From positions 682,001 to 746,000 of the forward strand of contig JAIVFI010000009.1 of NCBI GenBank assembly GCA_025558095.1: a stretch of 64,000 bases of DNA. Reading direction: 5' to 3'. Under the pieces are notes generated by a model. That model was not told where the DNA came from, made no database searches, and saw only the letters and a list, made by a program, of their open reading frames with translations. Shown piece by piece: positions 11,400 through 22,544 of this stretch (its first letter is position 1; every line of letters begins with the position of its first letter). Made by a program: the position numbers and the translations under genes. The stretch is from Hyaloraphidium curvatum SAG 235-1. Its lineage: Eukaryota > Fungi > Monoblepharomycota.

Positions 11400-13070
11400 T
11401 TGGATTCGGACTGCCGCTATAGTGCCGACGCACTCGTGAGAAAAAGAACTGTCGATGTTTGGCGAACATGAGGGGCCGGGCTCGATCGCAAAGCGTCGCG
11501 GGAGCGCGCAATCACTGCCCCCCCGAGACTGTTTCCCGCACGGGGCCCCGCGGCCCTGCTCCGGCACAATGGCTCCTTTCGGATCCATCGGATACGTCGT
11601 CCGTAAAGGCCGCGGGGCCCCGCCGACGCCCTCACGGGGAGTCCAAGCCGACACGTCACCGCACCACGAACCGGACGGGCAGGGGAAGACGGCATCCGCG
11701 CCCGGCGCCCTCTCCATCGCAGCCGAAGGTTGCGATTCCAGGGTGGTTCCGGTCGCGGGGCTGTCGGGCGTGCCCGGGGGGTACAAGTGTGACCGGGCTT
11801 CTTTCCGCGGGAGGGAGCGCCGCTGCGGTGCTCCGCAGATGGTTTAGACAGCTCTTGGCGCCACGGACAATACCTTGCGACTAGAAACGCCCGAACTGGA
11901 AGGGGAATGGAGGACGTGCCCGGCGCCGGGGGCCTTGCACCAGGTCGCGGCGATGAGCCTCGCCGCGGCGTGATTGATGCGAGGCCTCCGCCCCGGCGTG
12001 TCTTCCGGATCAGCCGGCCCTATATTCCCTCGAATCTATGGACGGATTGGGGACGCACCTGCGGCCGGAGTCGGACGGGAGCGCCCCGGGCGAGCCGGGG
12101 TGCTCTTGCCTTTGAAGACTGTGACCGCGGGGGCGTACCTTCAGCCCGAACTTGGCAGGCGCTGGGAAGGAGTCGGCGGCGAAAGGCACCGCCAAAGCTG
12201 CTGTTCGGAGCTCTGGCAGAGTACCTTGGGTGCCGCGGACGCCTCGTCCTCGCACCGGTCGGGAAGCAGACAACGAACGCGGGATTGGCGGGTCGCGTGC
12301 CCAGCTGTGATCGCGGCCTGCGCCGCAATCACACGTGTGGGAATCGACCCGTTTCTCCGGTCGGGAGACAACCCGGAACGAGCGTAGAGCTGGCAGGACG
12401 GATGCGTGCCGGACGGGATCGATCGGACGGCACTTCGCCAGGACCGGAACAGGAAGGGAAAGGCGGCACCTGCGCGGTCGAGCTCTTTTCGTCGCGGCCG
12501 TGGACCGCGATGAACTGGGCCCGATCGCTCGGGAGCTGTCTACTGCGGAGCATGCGGAGCGCCGGATCGGGCAGCCGGCGAGGCGCCGGGCTTCCGGCCG
12601 GCTCGGATGCGTGGTCTGGGAGCGGACCCTCCTCCGGCCTTCAGCAAATCAGTTAGCCCGGCGCCATGGAGCACTGATGAGATGACGCAGGCACCTTGCC
12701 TGATCGCCGGCCACGGCAACTGCTCGATCGTCGCACACTGGAAGGCACCCGCGCCCCGGATCTGACGCCAGGCACTCCTTGGAGAGTTAGATGTTTGATT
12801 CAGGACGCGGAGGCTGTGTTCAGCTTCATCAGCCCCCGATCGGACACTCGGGACGGGAGCCGCCGGAGTGTCGATGCGCCGCGGAACAGGAATGGAGCTC
12901 TGCGTCGTTCGGATACACTGGTGACGCCTTCGGATGCATCTGCATCGAAGCCGGTGGCGTGTGCCCCCACGGAGTTGCGGTTTGGAGCTCTGTAGAGGGA
13001 GCATTTTGCCGCCGACACCGACCTGCACTCGCGGGGTGGGCTGGACAGCGTCGTACTATACTTGGCTGAA
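11400..13070 (+). mobile_element. Decayed TnpB/Fanzor-like element, copy A
   Basis: In order: VAGARNH, SIAAEGCDS (11713-11739), RVGIDP (12334-12351), QLLDRR (12717-12734), FRTRRLCSA (12799-12825), PTELRFGAL (12966-12992). Interrupted by frameshifts and stops. Confidence 0.6.
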
Positions 13071-13102
13071 GCCGAGCTAGCGTTCCGCCCATTCCCACGA
13101 AA

Positions 13103-14606
13103 ATGCCGCTGTTCACTGCCGACGAGTACCTCGCGCTGCTGCCGCACAAGGTGCCGCCTCTGGACGCGCTCGCAGAGGACGGCCAGGCGGCCGCGGACCC
13201 CGCGGGCGCCGTGCGCGCGGCCGCTTTCGCGCGCGACGCGCTCACCCCCATTGCCAAGGCGCGCTTCCCGGCGCTGTGGGCGCTGTCGCGCCGGACGCCG
13301 CCCGGCAGCGCGACGAGCCTCGGTATCTCGGTCCAGGCGCTCGCCGCCGCCGCGGCCGTGGCTGCGTGCTCCGCGATCGCGGGCGTCGAGGGCGACGGCG
13401 CGTTGGGCGCCGCACAGCTCGGCGTCGGCATCGCCGCGCCGCTCGTGTTCTGCCTCCTGAGAGGCATCGGCCACGCGGTCCGTTACGGGCTGCTGCTCTT
13501 CCCCGCCGCGGAGGGATTCTGGGCCATGCGGGCGGGCTACGTCGCGGGGCTCTACACGTGGTGCCGCCTGGTCGGCGATGCGGCGTGGAACCAGCCCGAT
13601 AAAGGCGACCCGGACTCGGGGGAGCTACTCCGGCACCGCGCCGGGGATGACCTCTGCCCGTGCCCCCGCCCCTCGTGCGCCGGCGGGCTCCCCGGCCGTG
13701 CAACCGCTAGCCGAGCCGTGACGATGATATGGCACGTTTTCGTGCACGTCGTCGGCAACCTCGCAATGGTGTGGACGGCCCTCGTCTCCCTGGGCGCCCG
13801 GACCTGGTCGCAGCCGTGGTCGGCCACGGTAGCCGCTGTCTCCCTCGCCCTCTTGCTTCCCTCTGCTTGGGGTGTCCTGAGCTTTTACTCGAGCAACCCG
13901 GACCTCCTGCGCCTGACGTCCCGCCTGCGGAACCGCGCCGTGGCGATCGCGCTCCGCCGAGCCGTGCATGAATGCCGGTTGCTGCTGCTCCAGAGCGAAG
14001 GAAGTCCTCCGACCGCCGAAGGCGCCGACGGTTCGGAGTACGTCGACCTGAACCGCCGTCTGGAAGCACAGTGGCGCCACGGTCTCCGGGCCTACATGGT
14101 CAACCCGTTCTCGTTCCTCGTCTTTATTCCAGCATGCATCGTTGCGGCGGGCATCAACGCGGTGGGTGGTGACACCGCTACCTTTCCCGAGACCCCGTTC
14201 TGACGCGCACATGCAGGCCGTGGGGAGGTGCATCCCTGCCTGGACGCTCCTCTGGCTCCTCTGGTTCCTCACCCTTCTTGCCGAGGAGCTCGCCAACGTC
14301 GCGGTGCTCAACGCGGAGGTCACTGCCGCCGGGGACAGGTACGCCGCCGCCAGGCGGGAGGTCCGCGCGCTGCTCCTCGCCGCGGAGCCCGGCCCAACGG
14401 AGAACGCACGCAGGAAGGTGCTTGCGCACGCGGGGATGCTCGACGCGCTGGCGGCCGGCGGGCAGAAAGCGCTGTTCCTGGGGTTTCCCGTGGGGTTCGG
14501 GACCATCAGGACGCTGTACGTGACGATGGCTACGGTGGCGTTCGCGGTGTGGGGCGTGCTGCGGGGGCTGGGCGTCGTCGTGACGATGGACAATGTTTGC
14601 GGTTAG
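13103..14606 (+). CDS. Multi-TM protein of the CPCPxxxCAGG family (gustatory-receptor/7TMIC-like C-terminus)
   Basis: About 7 hydrophobic segments, CPCPRPSCAGG loop, intron at about 14162-14216, C-terminus FLGFPVGFGTIRTLYVTMATVAFAVW. Paralogue of 52005-53543 and 55634-57160. Confidence 0.7.
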
Positions 14607-14838
14607 GGCCTGGTGCGGCGGGGGGCTTTCAACGCCTGGAATATTCTTCGTTGGGTTGCCGGCGAACCTTTTGCGCACCGCGATGGCCGTAGCCTCGGGG
14701 GAGGGGATTCCAGTTGGAGTTGCTTTGGACTGCTGCTTGAAGACGAAGCTGCTTTGCCACGGATGACTACGAACGAGTCACCACTACTCACCCACAAAGT
14801 TCCAAAACTACACTTCCTGAAGACACCACGAAAGCACA

Positions 14839-17087
14839 ATGGCAGGGCATTCTGCTGTCCTTTTGACACTCATAACGGCGTTGGCCGGGGTTGCGCTTTC
14901 CGGCCGGCCTGGAGCCGCAGCGGCCTTGGCTCCGTTTTGGTGAGTCGCCATTGCAGTCCGTCCCCTCGGAAGGCCCCTGACGTTCAGACCCGCAGCAACT
15001 CTGGCGCTCGCTGCCCTGGCACCACGAGATGTTACTGCCCGCCGCCGCTGACCCGGACATCGACGCGGTGGCGCACGACGACGCGGAGGACGACGCGCAC
15101 GGTGCGGTCGACAACGTGGCGGACCGCAACGGTGTGGACCCGGCCGGCAGGGGATGCGGTCGCTGAGGCGAGCGGTCGTGCCGCGGACGCAGGGGAACCG
15201 GTTGCGGTTGCGATTCCCTCCGCGCCCGCCATCCCGTCGCACTCGGTCGCCGCCGCGCCCCGCGCCGTTGCAGCCGCGCCTGCGTCGGACGCCATCCCGG
15301 ACGCCGCCCCGGATACAGCCTTGAACATGCTGCAGGGGCGTTCAAGGTGCCCGCAGTGCCGCATCGGCCGCCTCGGCCCGTCGTGCTGCCCCCCTCGCCG
15401 GACAACCGTCCGCATCTGCAGCAGTACTTCCACCCGATACCGCACCCAGACGCTCACCCTCCGAGCCACCCGTACGACGACCGTTACCGCCGTGCACCCC
15501 TGCGCCCTGAACGTCGGCCACGCCGCCGACCTCCGGCACCGCTTCATCTTCGACCCCGCGGCCCCGGGCCACACGTTCGTCGACTGCATCGGAGGCGCCC
15601 CCGTGACCGTCGTCGACCGACTCGGGGTGAAGTTCCCAAGAACCGTGGTCGGAAACATCGCGAGGAACGTGCTCAGCGTCAACGGCACGGCTTCGGGGCT
15701 AACCGCGCCGGGCTCCGTCGTTTCGGGGCTGGGCAAATCCGAGTTCACCCTCACGCTGTGGGCGCGTATGTCCCCGTTGCGCCCCTTCTCCCAGGGCTGG
15801 GAACGGTGGGAGCTGGTATCGGACCGGGGCTACGCCGACTCCGGGCCGTACGTCGCCGTGCGCGTTCGCAACGTGGACGATTCGGTGACCTGGGAGCTCG
15901 GCGACGGCGGGAGCGGCTCGGGCGTGGTGGCGGTCAACTCAACGTCGGCGCCGGCGCTGGACGGGCGGTGGCATTTTCTTGCCTTTTCGCGCCGGGGCCG
16001 CAGGCACTCGATCTACGTCGACGGGGTACTCGAGGTGTGGAGCGAGGGCACGCAGGTGGCGGACGTCGCCGACACGGGGTATCCCCTGGGGATCGGGTAC
16101 TCGCCCGCGTGGCACGACCTGGACGACGGCCCGATGCGGTTCCGCGGACAGCTGGACGACGTCAGGCTGTACGGCGCTCAGCTCGACGGCGCGGCGATGC
16201 GGGAGATCATGGCCGCGTACCTCGGGTTTCCCGTTTGCTCCGCCGGCTGTCCCGGCAACGCGTCGTGCCGGGCCGACTCAGCCGGGGGTTTGACGTGCGC
16301 GTGCGATCCGGGGTATTCGGCGAAACTCGGCGCGGACGGCACGTTGGTCGCTTGCAGCGAGACCGCATGCAAGAAGCGTATCGGAATGGAGGACAACAAC
16401 ATGTTGCACCGCTGGGTCTACGACGAAGGGCTCGCTGCGGGCACGCTCTTCGACTGCTTGGGAACCGCGCAGCCTTCGGTGGTCAACCCCGCCGGACTCT
16501 CATTTCCGGACGACACCATCATCGCCGCGGCAAAGAAAGTCGCGCAAAGCGACGGCACCGCGGGTCTGCGCGTCCCCGGAACCGCGGCAGGGGTCGCGAC
16601 GAACGACCTCATCGTCACCATGTGGGTCAAAATGGGCCCACCGGCTCCGGGCCAAACCTGGGAGCTCTTCTCCAACCGCCCCCCCGCAACCGCACCCGGT
16701 CTGTACCCGTACGTGTCAATCGTGGCCCTCCACGACGCATCTCTGGGCTCGCCCGTGCTCTCGTTCACCGTCTCCGAGGAGCCCCTGCACGGGACCGGGA
16801 CCGCGCGCCTCGTCGCGTCCCCCACGCTGCCCGTGTTCGACTCGTCGTGGCACCTCCTCGGCTTTTCCCGGAACGGCACCACGCTGACGATCTCCGTCGA
16901 CCGCGCGTACGATCGCGGGGTCCAGGTTGCCTCGGGGTCGTGGACGGCGTGGCTGCAAGACAACGGGTGGCCGATGCGGATCGCCGACGGGATGGTGGGG
17001 AGGGTGGATGACGTGAGGCTATATGGGTTGCGCAGGCTCGACTCGGCGAGGTTGGACGCAATGATGGCGGCGTACGAGTCGCCGTGA
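14839..17087 (+). CDS. Secreted protein: Thr/Arg-rich linker, two LamG/concanavalin-like domains and one EGF
   Basis: Signal peptide MAGHSAVLLTLITALAGVAL, intron at about 14940-14995. LDGRWHFLAF...IYVDG...FRGQLDDVRLY motif set occurs twice. EGF CPGNASC...CACDPGY. Confidence 0.75.
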
Positions 17088-17329
17088 TCCATCATTCCGC
17101 CGAGTCAAGAAAGCTCGTGCCATTACGATTTGTGCACATGAGCGATGCAGCGTGTTCCATCGCATTCGCTCTAATTTGCACTTCGTTGAGTGGAAGGCGA
17201 CTTGGGAACTTGCTTGGGGGACTTCGAGGGGCGGGGCGCGAACGGTGGGGACGCTGCCCAGGGGACCCGAACCCCCACCGCGCCCCGCAACCTTGCACCC
17301 TCGCAGCCCCCGCCGAACCCCGCCGGCCG

Positions 17330-19848
17330 ATGACGGGCAGCGGCGCTTTCGTGGCGGCGGCGGCCGACGCCTCGCTGCCCGCGGTGCCGACGCTGCGCGC
17401 GCAGTTTGTCCGCGGGTTCGCGCGGCCGCGGCGCCGCCAGTTCGCGCGCGCCGCCCGCGTGCTCGTCGCCGCGTGGGCGCTGCTCGCAATCTCCGCGATG
17501 CGGCCGGAGCTGCTGGGCCTGGTGGTGGGTCGCCGCCGTCCCCGTCCCCATCCCCCGGCACCCTGACATCTCTGTTAAACCCCCAGTTCGCAATCATTTT
17601 CCCCCTGGCCTTCCCGCCCGTCGGCACCTCCCTGGCGGTGCTCGCGGCCGTCGTCGCCGGGGGCGTCCTGATCGCCTACGGCCTGGTCTTTGCGCTGCTC
17701 GGCATGCTGTGGATGGTGCTGTACAACCGCGCCGGCGGGACGAACCCCTACGCCCGGGCCGCCATCGTCGAGGTCTGGTTCGTCGCCGTCGCGTGGGCCG
17801 GCTCGGCGTTCCAGTACGATCACCCGGGCCCGCTCGGCATGCTCGGCTTCCTCGGCATCCCGCTGTCTTTCCTCGTGGTCATGCTGGCGCCGGTGGAAAT
17901 GCGTGCGACCGAGGTGCCGGCGGCGGAGCTGTACGCGTCCGTCCTGGTGCCCTTGGGGATCGTGGGCGCCGTCTCCGTCGCGTGCGCCGTCCTGGTGCTG
18001 CCCGAGTACGCGACCGACGCCGCGAGGGAGAGCTGCCTCTTCGTGCTCAAGGACCTCCTCGCCGTTTTCGGACCGCGCGGCAGCGGCGCCGAGGAGCGTG
18101 CGAGGCGGAACAAGCTCGGGGCGGACGTCCTGCAGCTGGGCTCCGACATCAAGGGCTGCCGCATGGACGTTGGCTTCCTGAGGGACCAGCCGACCGCCAT
18201 GGCCAAGGTCGGCGCAGCCCTGGTGAAGCTGGCGGGCAACGGAGGCCTGCGCTTCGAGAGCCCGGCCATCGTCGTCACGTGCGAGGCGGCCATCGCCGCC
18301 CTGGACATCCGCCGCCCCTGGTACGACACGTCGCTGTACGTCTACGAGGGCGCGGGCCCGCACCCCGAGACCTCGATCGCCTCGGCCAGGGAGGCCCTGG
18401 ATGCCCGCGCCGCCGAGGTGCGGGACCGCGCGGCCCCCGCCAAGCTCGGCCGCGACGACCTGGACGTTTTCGCGGAGAACGAGGCCATCGGCGACGCGCG
18501 CGCGCTCCTGGACGCCGTCGAAGCCCTCCTCGCGGTCCGGCGACTCCGCTTCTACTTCCTGGGGAGCCCCGGAAGGGAGCCCAAGAAGCCCAAGGTCAAG
18601 AAGGAGCCAACGGAGCGGGCAAAACGGGGGCCGTGGCACGTCGGCAAGCTCCTCGGCGAGGCCCTGTACCGCTTCCACGTCTGCTTCACCTCGCCGGCCT
18701 CGCGCTTCGGCTTCAAGCGCGCCCTCGCATACTTCCTGGCCTCGGTCTGGGCCTTCCTCCCCGGCACGGCGGACTACTACTACGAGAACAACCTGGCCTG
18801 GATCCTGATCACGGTCATCCTCGTGCTGAACCCCCAGCTGGGCTCGGGCGTGGTCAAGTCCGCAAACAGGCTCGCCGGCACCGCGATCGGGGCCCTGTGG
18901 ACCTACCTGGCGTACCTCGCCAGCCGGAACGCCCCCTCCGCCGACTACATGCGCGTGCAGATCCTCATGTACCTGCCCCTCTCGGTGCTCGCCGTCGGCG
19001 TCAACCAGCTCACCAAGTTTCCCTACGCGGGCTTCGTCATGTCGCTCACCTTTGCGATCGTCGCCACCGCCCCGAAGCTCTCCCTGGAACCGTCGTGGAG
19101 CTGGCAGCGCGCGCTCTGGGTCTTTGTCGGCGTCCTCGGCTGCCTCGTGCTGCAGATCATCGTGTTCCCGGAGCTGGCCGCCACCTCGGTCCGCCAGACG
19201 CTCTCGCGCGCGCTCGGCACCCTCGGTTCCGTGGTCTTCGCCGCGCACTCCCGCACCAAGTCCGCCGCGGAGATGGACGCCCTCCTGCAGGCCCTGCAGG
19301 CGGACCTGACGACGTGCCGGATCGGCCCGCTCGCGGGGTGCACCGACGAGCCCGAGCTCGACCGGCCGTGGGACCTGCGCGCCGTGCTCGCGCTGATGGA
19401 GCGCGCGCAGCGGCTGCGGGACGCCGTGGAGGTCGCGGTGGCCTTTGTTTCGCGGGGCGGGGAGCCGCAGCCGCACCTGGAAAGGGTGGTGGTGCTCGTG
19501 GCGTGGAAGCTGGACGCGCTGGCGGCCTCGCTGCAGGCGCGCAAGCCGCTGGGGAGGATGCCGCGGCTTGCGGACCGCGGGATCGGCGGGGCGGGGGTGC
19601 GCGGAGACGTCGGCGGGGGCGAGAGGCTGCTGTACGCCGGCGCGGGCGCGGCGCTGCTGGTCGTGCTGGAGGAGGCGGACGCCATCGAGGCGCTGGTGGC
19701 GAGGCTCTACGGGCGCGAGTGGGTCGCGGAGAAGGTGAGGGCGGAGCGGACGGGGGACATTGCCGCGCGGGCAGTGTGGCGGGACACGGTGCCGGTGCTT
19801 GAGGAGCGGGGCGTCAAGGGCGAGGACAGGGGCGGGCTTCCCGAATGA
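17330..19848 (+). CDS. FUSC/aromatic-acid-exporter (ArAE/ALMT-like) membrane protein
   Basis: RFGFKRALA, WILITVILVLNPQLG, NRLAGTAIGA and IIVFP motifs. Intron at about 17525-17587. Confidence 0.75.
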
Positions 19849-19931
19849 CGTACGTAGCCATCTTTTCAGTGACCAGGACAACATTTTCCCCGCCTATTGG
19901 CATGCTCCCCGGCTATAGACATCCTCCCCGA

Positions 19932-22424
19932 CTATTCCAGGTCCTGCTGGAGCGGTATCGTTCCCGTCCGGTCCGGCTGACGCGGCTCGAGCTGCTGCAT
20001 CGGCCCCGACCCCAAGAGCCAGTACCCCGCGTCGTCGTCCGAGCCCGCCGGCACGGCCTGCCTGCCAAACATGTTCCCCACGAGCACCTCCATGGCGTCG
20101 ACGTCCCCCAAGAGCACCGCCAGCGCCGCGCCGCCCCCCGCCGCCAGCACGGCCCGCGGACCCGACGCCGCCGGCGCCGGGGCGACCGCGCGCGCCGGCA
20201 GCGGGAACATCCTCGGCAGCGGCCTCTTTGCCACGAGCGCGACGGCCAGCGTGTGCAGCTTGGCGGCCGCCTCGTCGAGCAGCGGCGCGGTCCACGCGGG
20301 GGCTTCCCCGCCGCGGGCGGCGTAGTCGGCGAGGGAGGAGAGCGAGGCCAGCATGCGGTGCACGCACTCGCACGCCGCGGACGCCCAGCGGCGGTCCCAC
20401 GGCCGGTCCAGGAGCGGCTCGCCGCGCGCGGCCGCGAGGGAGGTCCGGGCGAGGACGGCGAGGCGGGACGAGAGGGCGTCGGTGCCCGTGCGGGCGGCGG
20501 GGTCGCCGGCCTCCGCGCGGCGAAGGAGCCGCGCGGCGCAGTAGAGGAGGTTGCCGAGGCCGACGCGGACGTCGGTGGCGGATAGCGTCGGGAACACGGC
20601 GATCTGGTAGAGCAGCAGGGCGAGGACCGAGAGGATCATCATGCCCGCGCGGAAGGCGCCGAAGGCGGGGTCCGCGAGGGCGTCGCCGCTGCCGAGGGTG
20701 ACGGCGATGTAGGTGACGGAGAACATGCGCCCCGCGTAGGGGTGCGGCAGCCAGTTCTGCATGCAGAAGCCGAGGATGCTGACGGGGACGAAGAAGGCCA
20801 GGGCAACGCCCGCGCGGCCCTGCTCGGTGCCGTACGGGAGCCAGGCGAGGTAGGCAAAGTAGCCCCACAGCACCGCCGCGCACGTGGCCAGCAGGCGGAG
20901 GCCGCTCCCGACCACCCCCGCGCCGATCGTGGGGGCCAGCAGAACGACGGCGCTCACGAGCAGCCAGTAGACGTGGTACCTGACAAAGGCCTCGCTCGTG
21001 CCGGGCAGGAAGGCCCACACCGATATGATCGCGAAGGCAAAGGCGCGTTTGAATCCGAACCTGCCCGCGTCGGACGAGATGGCCTGCTGCAACAGGTACA
21101 GCCCGTCGATGACCAGCCGACCGGGCTTCCACCCGCCGGAAGACGCGGGCCTGACGACGTCCGGATCGTCCGCCTTCTGCTGGGGCTGTTGCTGCGCCTG
21201 TGTGCGGCGCGCGCGGTCGAACGCGTAGAACCTGTGGCCCCCGTTGCGTGCCCCCACGAGATCCTGCGCCGCCTCGGCCACCCTGTCCGCGGATTCGAGC
21301 ACCGTGTACAGCGCAAGGGCGCGGGGATCGTCCGCGGCCCCGGCGCCCCCGCGCGCCGCCAGGACGGCCTCCCTGTCGTCCGCGATCCGCGCCCTGACGG
21401 CGTCGAGCTGCTCCGCGCCGCCGAGCCTGCGGGGGCGGGCGTAGTTCCAGAACGCGGGCAGGTACGGGGGCTGGTCGACGACCAGGGCGTCGTGCACGCT
21501 GTCGAGCAGCGCCGCGACGGTGGGGTTGGCCGCGCCGGGCCGCATGCGCCGGCCCAGCTCCGCGAGGGCGGCGGCGAGCAAGGCCATGCGCCGGGGTGCG
21601 TCGCGGAAGAAACCGATGTCCGTGGGGCAGCCACGGGCGTCGGCGAGCAGGTCGACGGCGTCGTCGCGGGCGGCGGAGGCGGCGGCGTGCTCGGGAGGCG
21701 AATCCGGCCCGATCCCGCCCGAGCCGATGGCCCGGAGGGAGCGCGTCAGCCTCACGGCCGACTCGCGGGCGGCCTCGGTGGCGCTCTCGGGCAGCACGAG
21801 GAGGCCGACGCCGAGGTAGAGCGCCACCCCGGTGAGCAGGACGACCATGATGCTGTCGAATTCGGCGCGCACGGGGACCGCGTCGAGCTCGAGCACGGCT
21901 ATTGTCGGCTCGACGGTGACGGCGAACATCATGGTGACGAAGAAGCCGAGCGCGCCGAGCGGGCCGTTGAGGCGCGCGTACTGCGCGCCCGAGCTGGCCC
22001 ACACGACGCAGCCGATCCACGCCGTGAGGACGGCGGCGCGGGCGTACGGTGAGGTGCCGCCGTTGTTGTTGTAGGCGACGACCCACAGCTGGCCGAGCAG
22101 GCTCAAGCAGAGGCCGCCGACCATGCCGAGCGCGGCGACGGCGGCGACGACCAAAACGCGGAACGGCGAGCCGGCGGGCAGCACGAACTGCGCAAACACG
22201 GCAAACTGGACGAGCGCGCCGGGCGACGGGCGGAACCACGCGATCAGCAGCTGCGCCCACACGAGCAGCAGTGCCTTCAGCACGCGCACGGCGTCGCGCC
22301 GCCGCGGGGGCCACCGCACGCCGCGCCGCCAGCCGGTCGACGCGGAATCGTGTGCCGCCGCCGCCGCGAGCAGCTCGGCCGCCGCCGCCTCGGCAGCCGC
22401 GGTCGGGCCCGCCTCGCCGCCCAT
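19932..22424 (-). CDS. FUSC/ArAE-like membrane protein, convergent paralogue of 17330-19848
   Basis: Shares GGTSPYARAA, RFGFKRAFAF...VWAFLPGT and EPLLDRPWD with its neighbour. Confidence 0.75.
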   Translation of the reverse strand: MGGEAGPTAAAEAAAAELLAAAAAHDSASTGWRRGVRWPPRRRDAVRVLKALLLVWAQLLIAWFRPSPGALVQFAVFAQFVLPAGSPFRVLVVAAVAALGMVGGLCLSLLGQLWVVAYNNNGGTSPYARAAVLTAWIGCVVWASSGAQYARLNGPLGALGFFVTMMFAVTVEPTIAVLELDAVPVRAEFDSIMVVLLTGVALYLGVGLLVLPESATEAARESAVRLTRSLRAIGSGGIGPDSPPEHAAASAARDDAVDLLADARGCPTDIGFFRDAPRRMALLAAALAELGRRMRPGAANPTVAALLDSVHDALVVDQPPYLPAFWNYARPRRLGGAEQLDAVRARIADDREAVLAARGGAGAADDPRALALYTVLESADRVAEAAQDLVGARNGGHRFYAFDRARRTQAQQQPQQKADDPDVVRPASSGGWKPGRLVIDGLYLLQQAISSDAGRFGFKRAFAFAIISVWAFLPGTSEAFVRYHVYWLLVSAVVLLAPTIGAGVVGSGLRLLATCAAVLWGYFAYLAWLPYGTEQGRAGVALAFFVPVSILGFCMQNWLPHPYAGRMFSVTYIAVTLGSGDALADPAFGAFRAGMMILSVLALLLYQIAVFPTLSATDVRVGLGNLLYCAARLLRRAEAGDPAARTGTDALSSRLAVLARTSLAAARGEPLLDRPWDRRWASAACECVHRMLASLSSLADYAARGGEAPAWTAPLLDEAAAKLHTLAVALVAKRPLPRMFPLPARAVAPAPAASGPRAVLAAGGGAALAVLLGDVDAMEVLVGNMFGRQAVPAGSDDDAGYWLLGSGPMQQLEPRQPDRTGTIPLQQDLE

Positions 22425-22544
22425 GGGGATCGGGTGGGGGATCGCAAGGGACTGGACCCATTTGAGGGACGCAACCGTAGCATCCAGAACGCAATTTATA
22501 ACCTCCGAACCACGACACCCTCCGCCACCCCGCGGCCGGTGGAA

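Noticed and set aside
12674-12700. CTGATGA hammerhead ribozyme core
   Set aside because: No stem II followed by GAAA, and not conserved in copies B or C.
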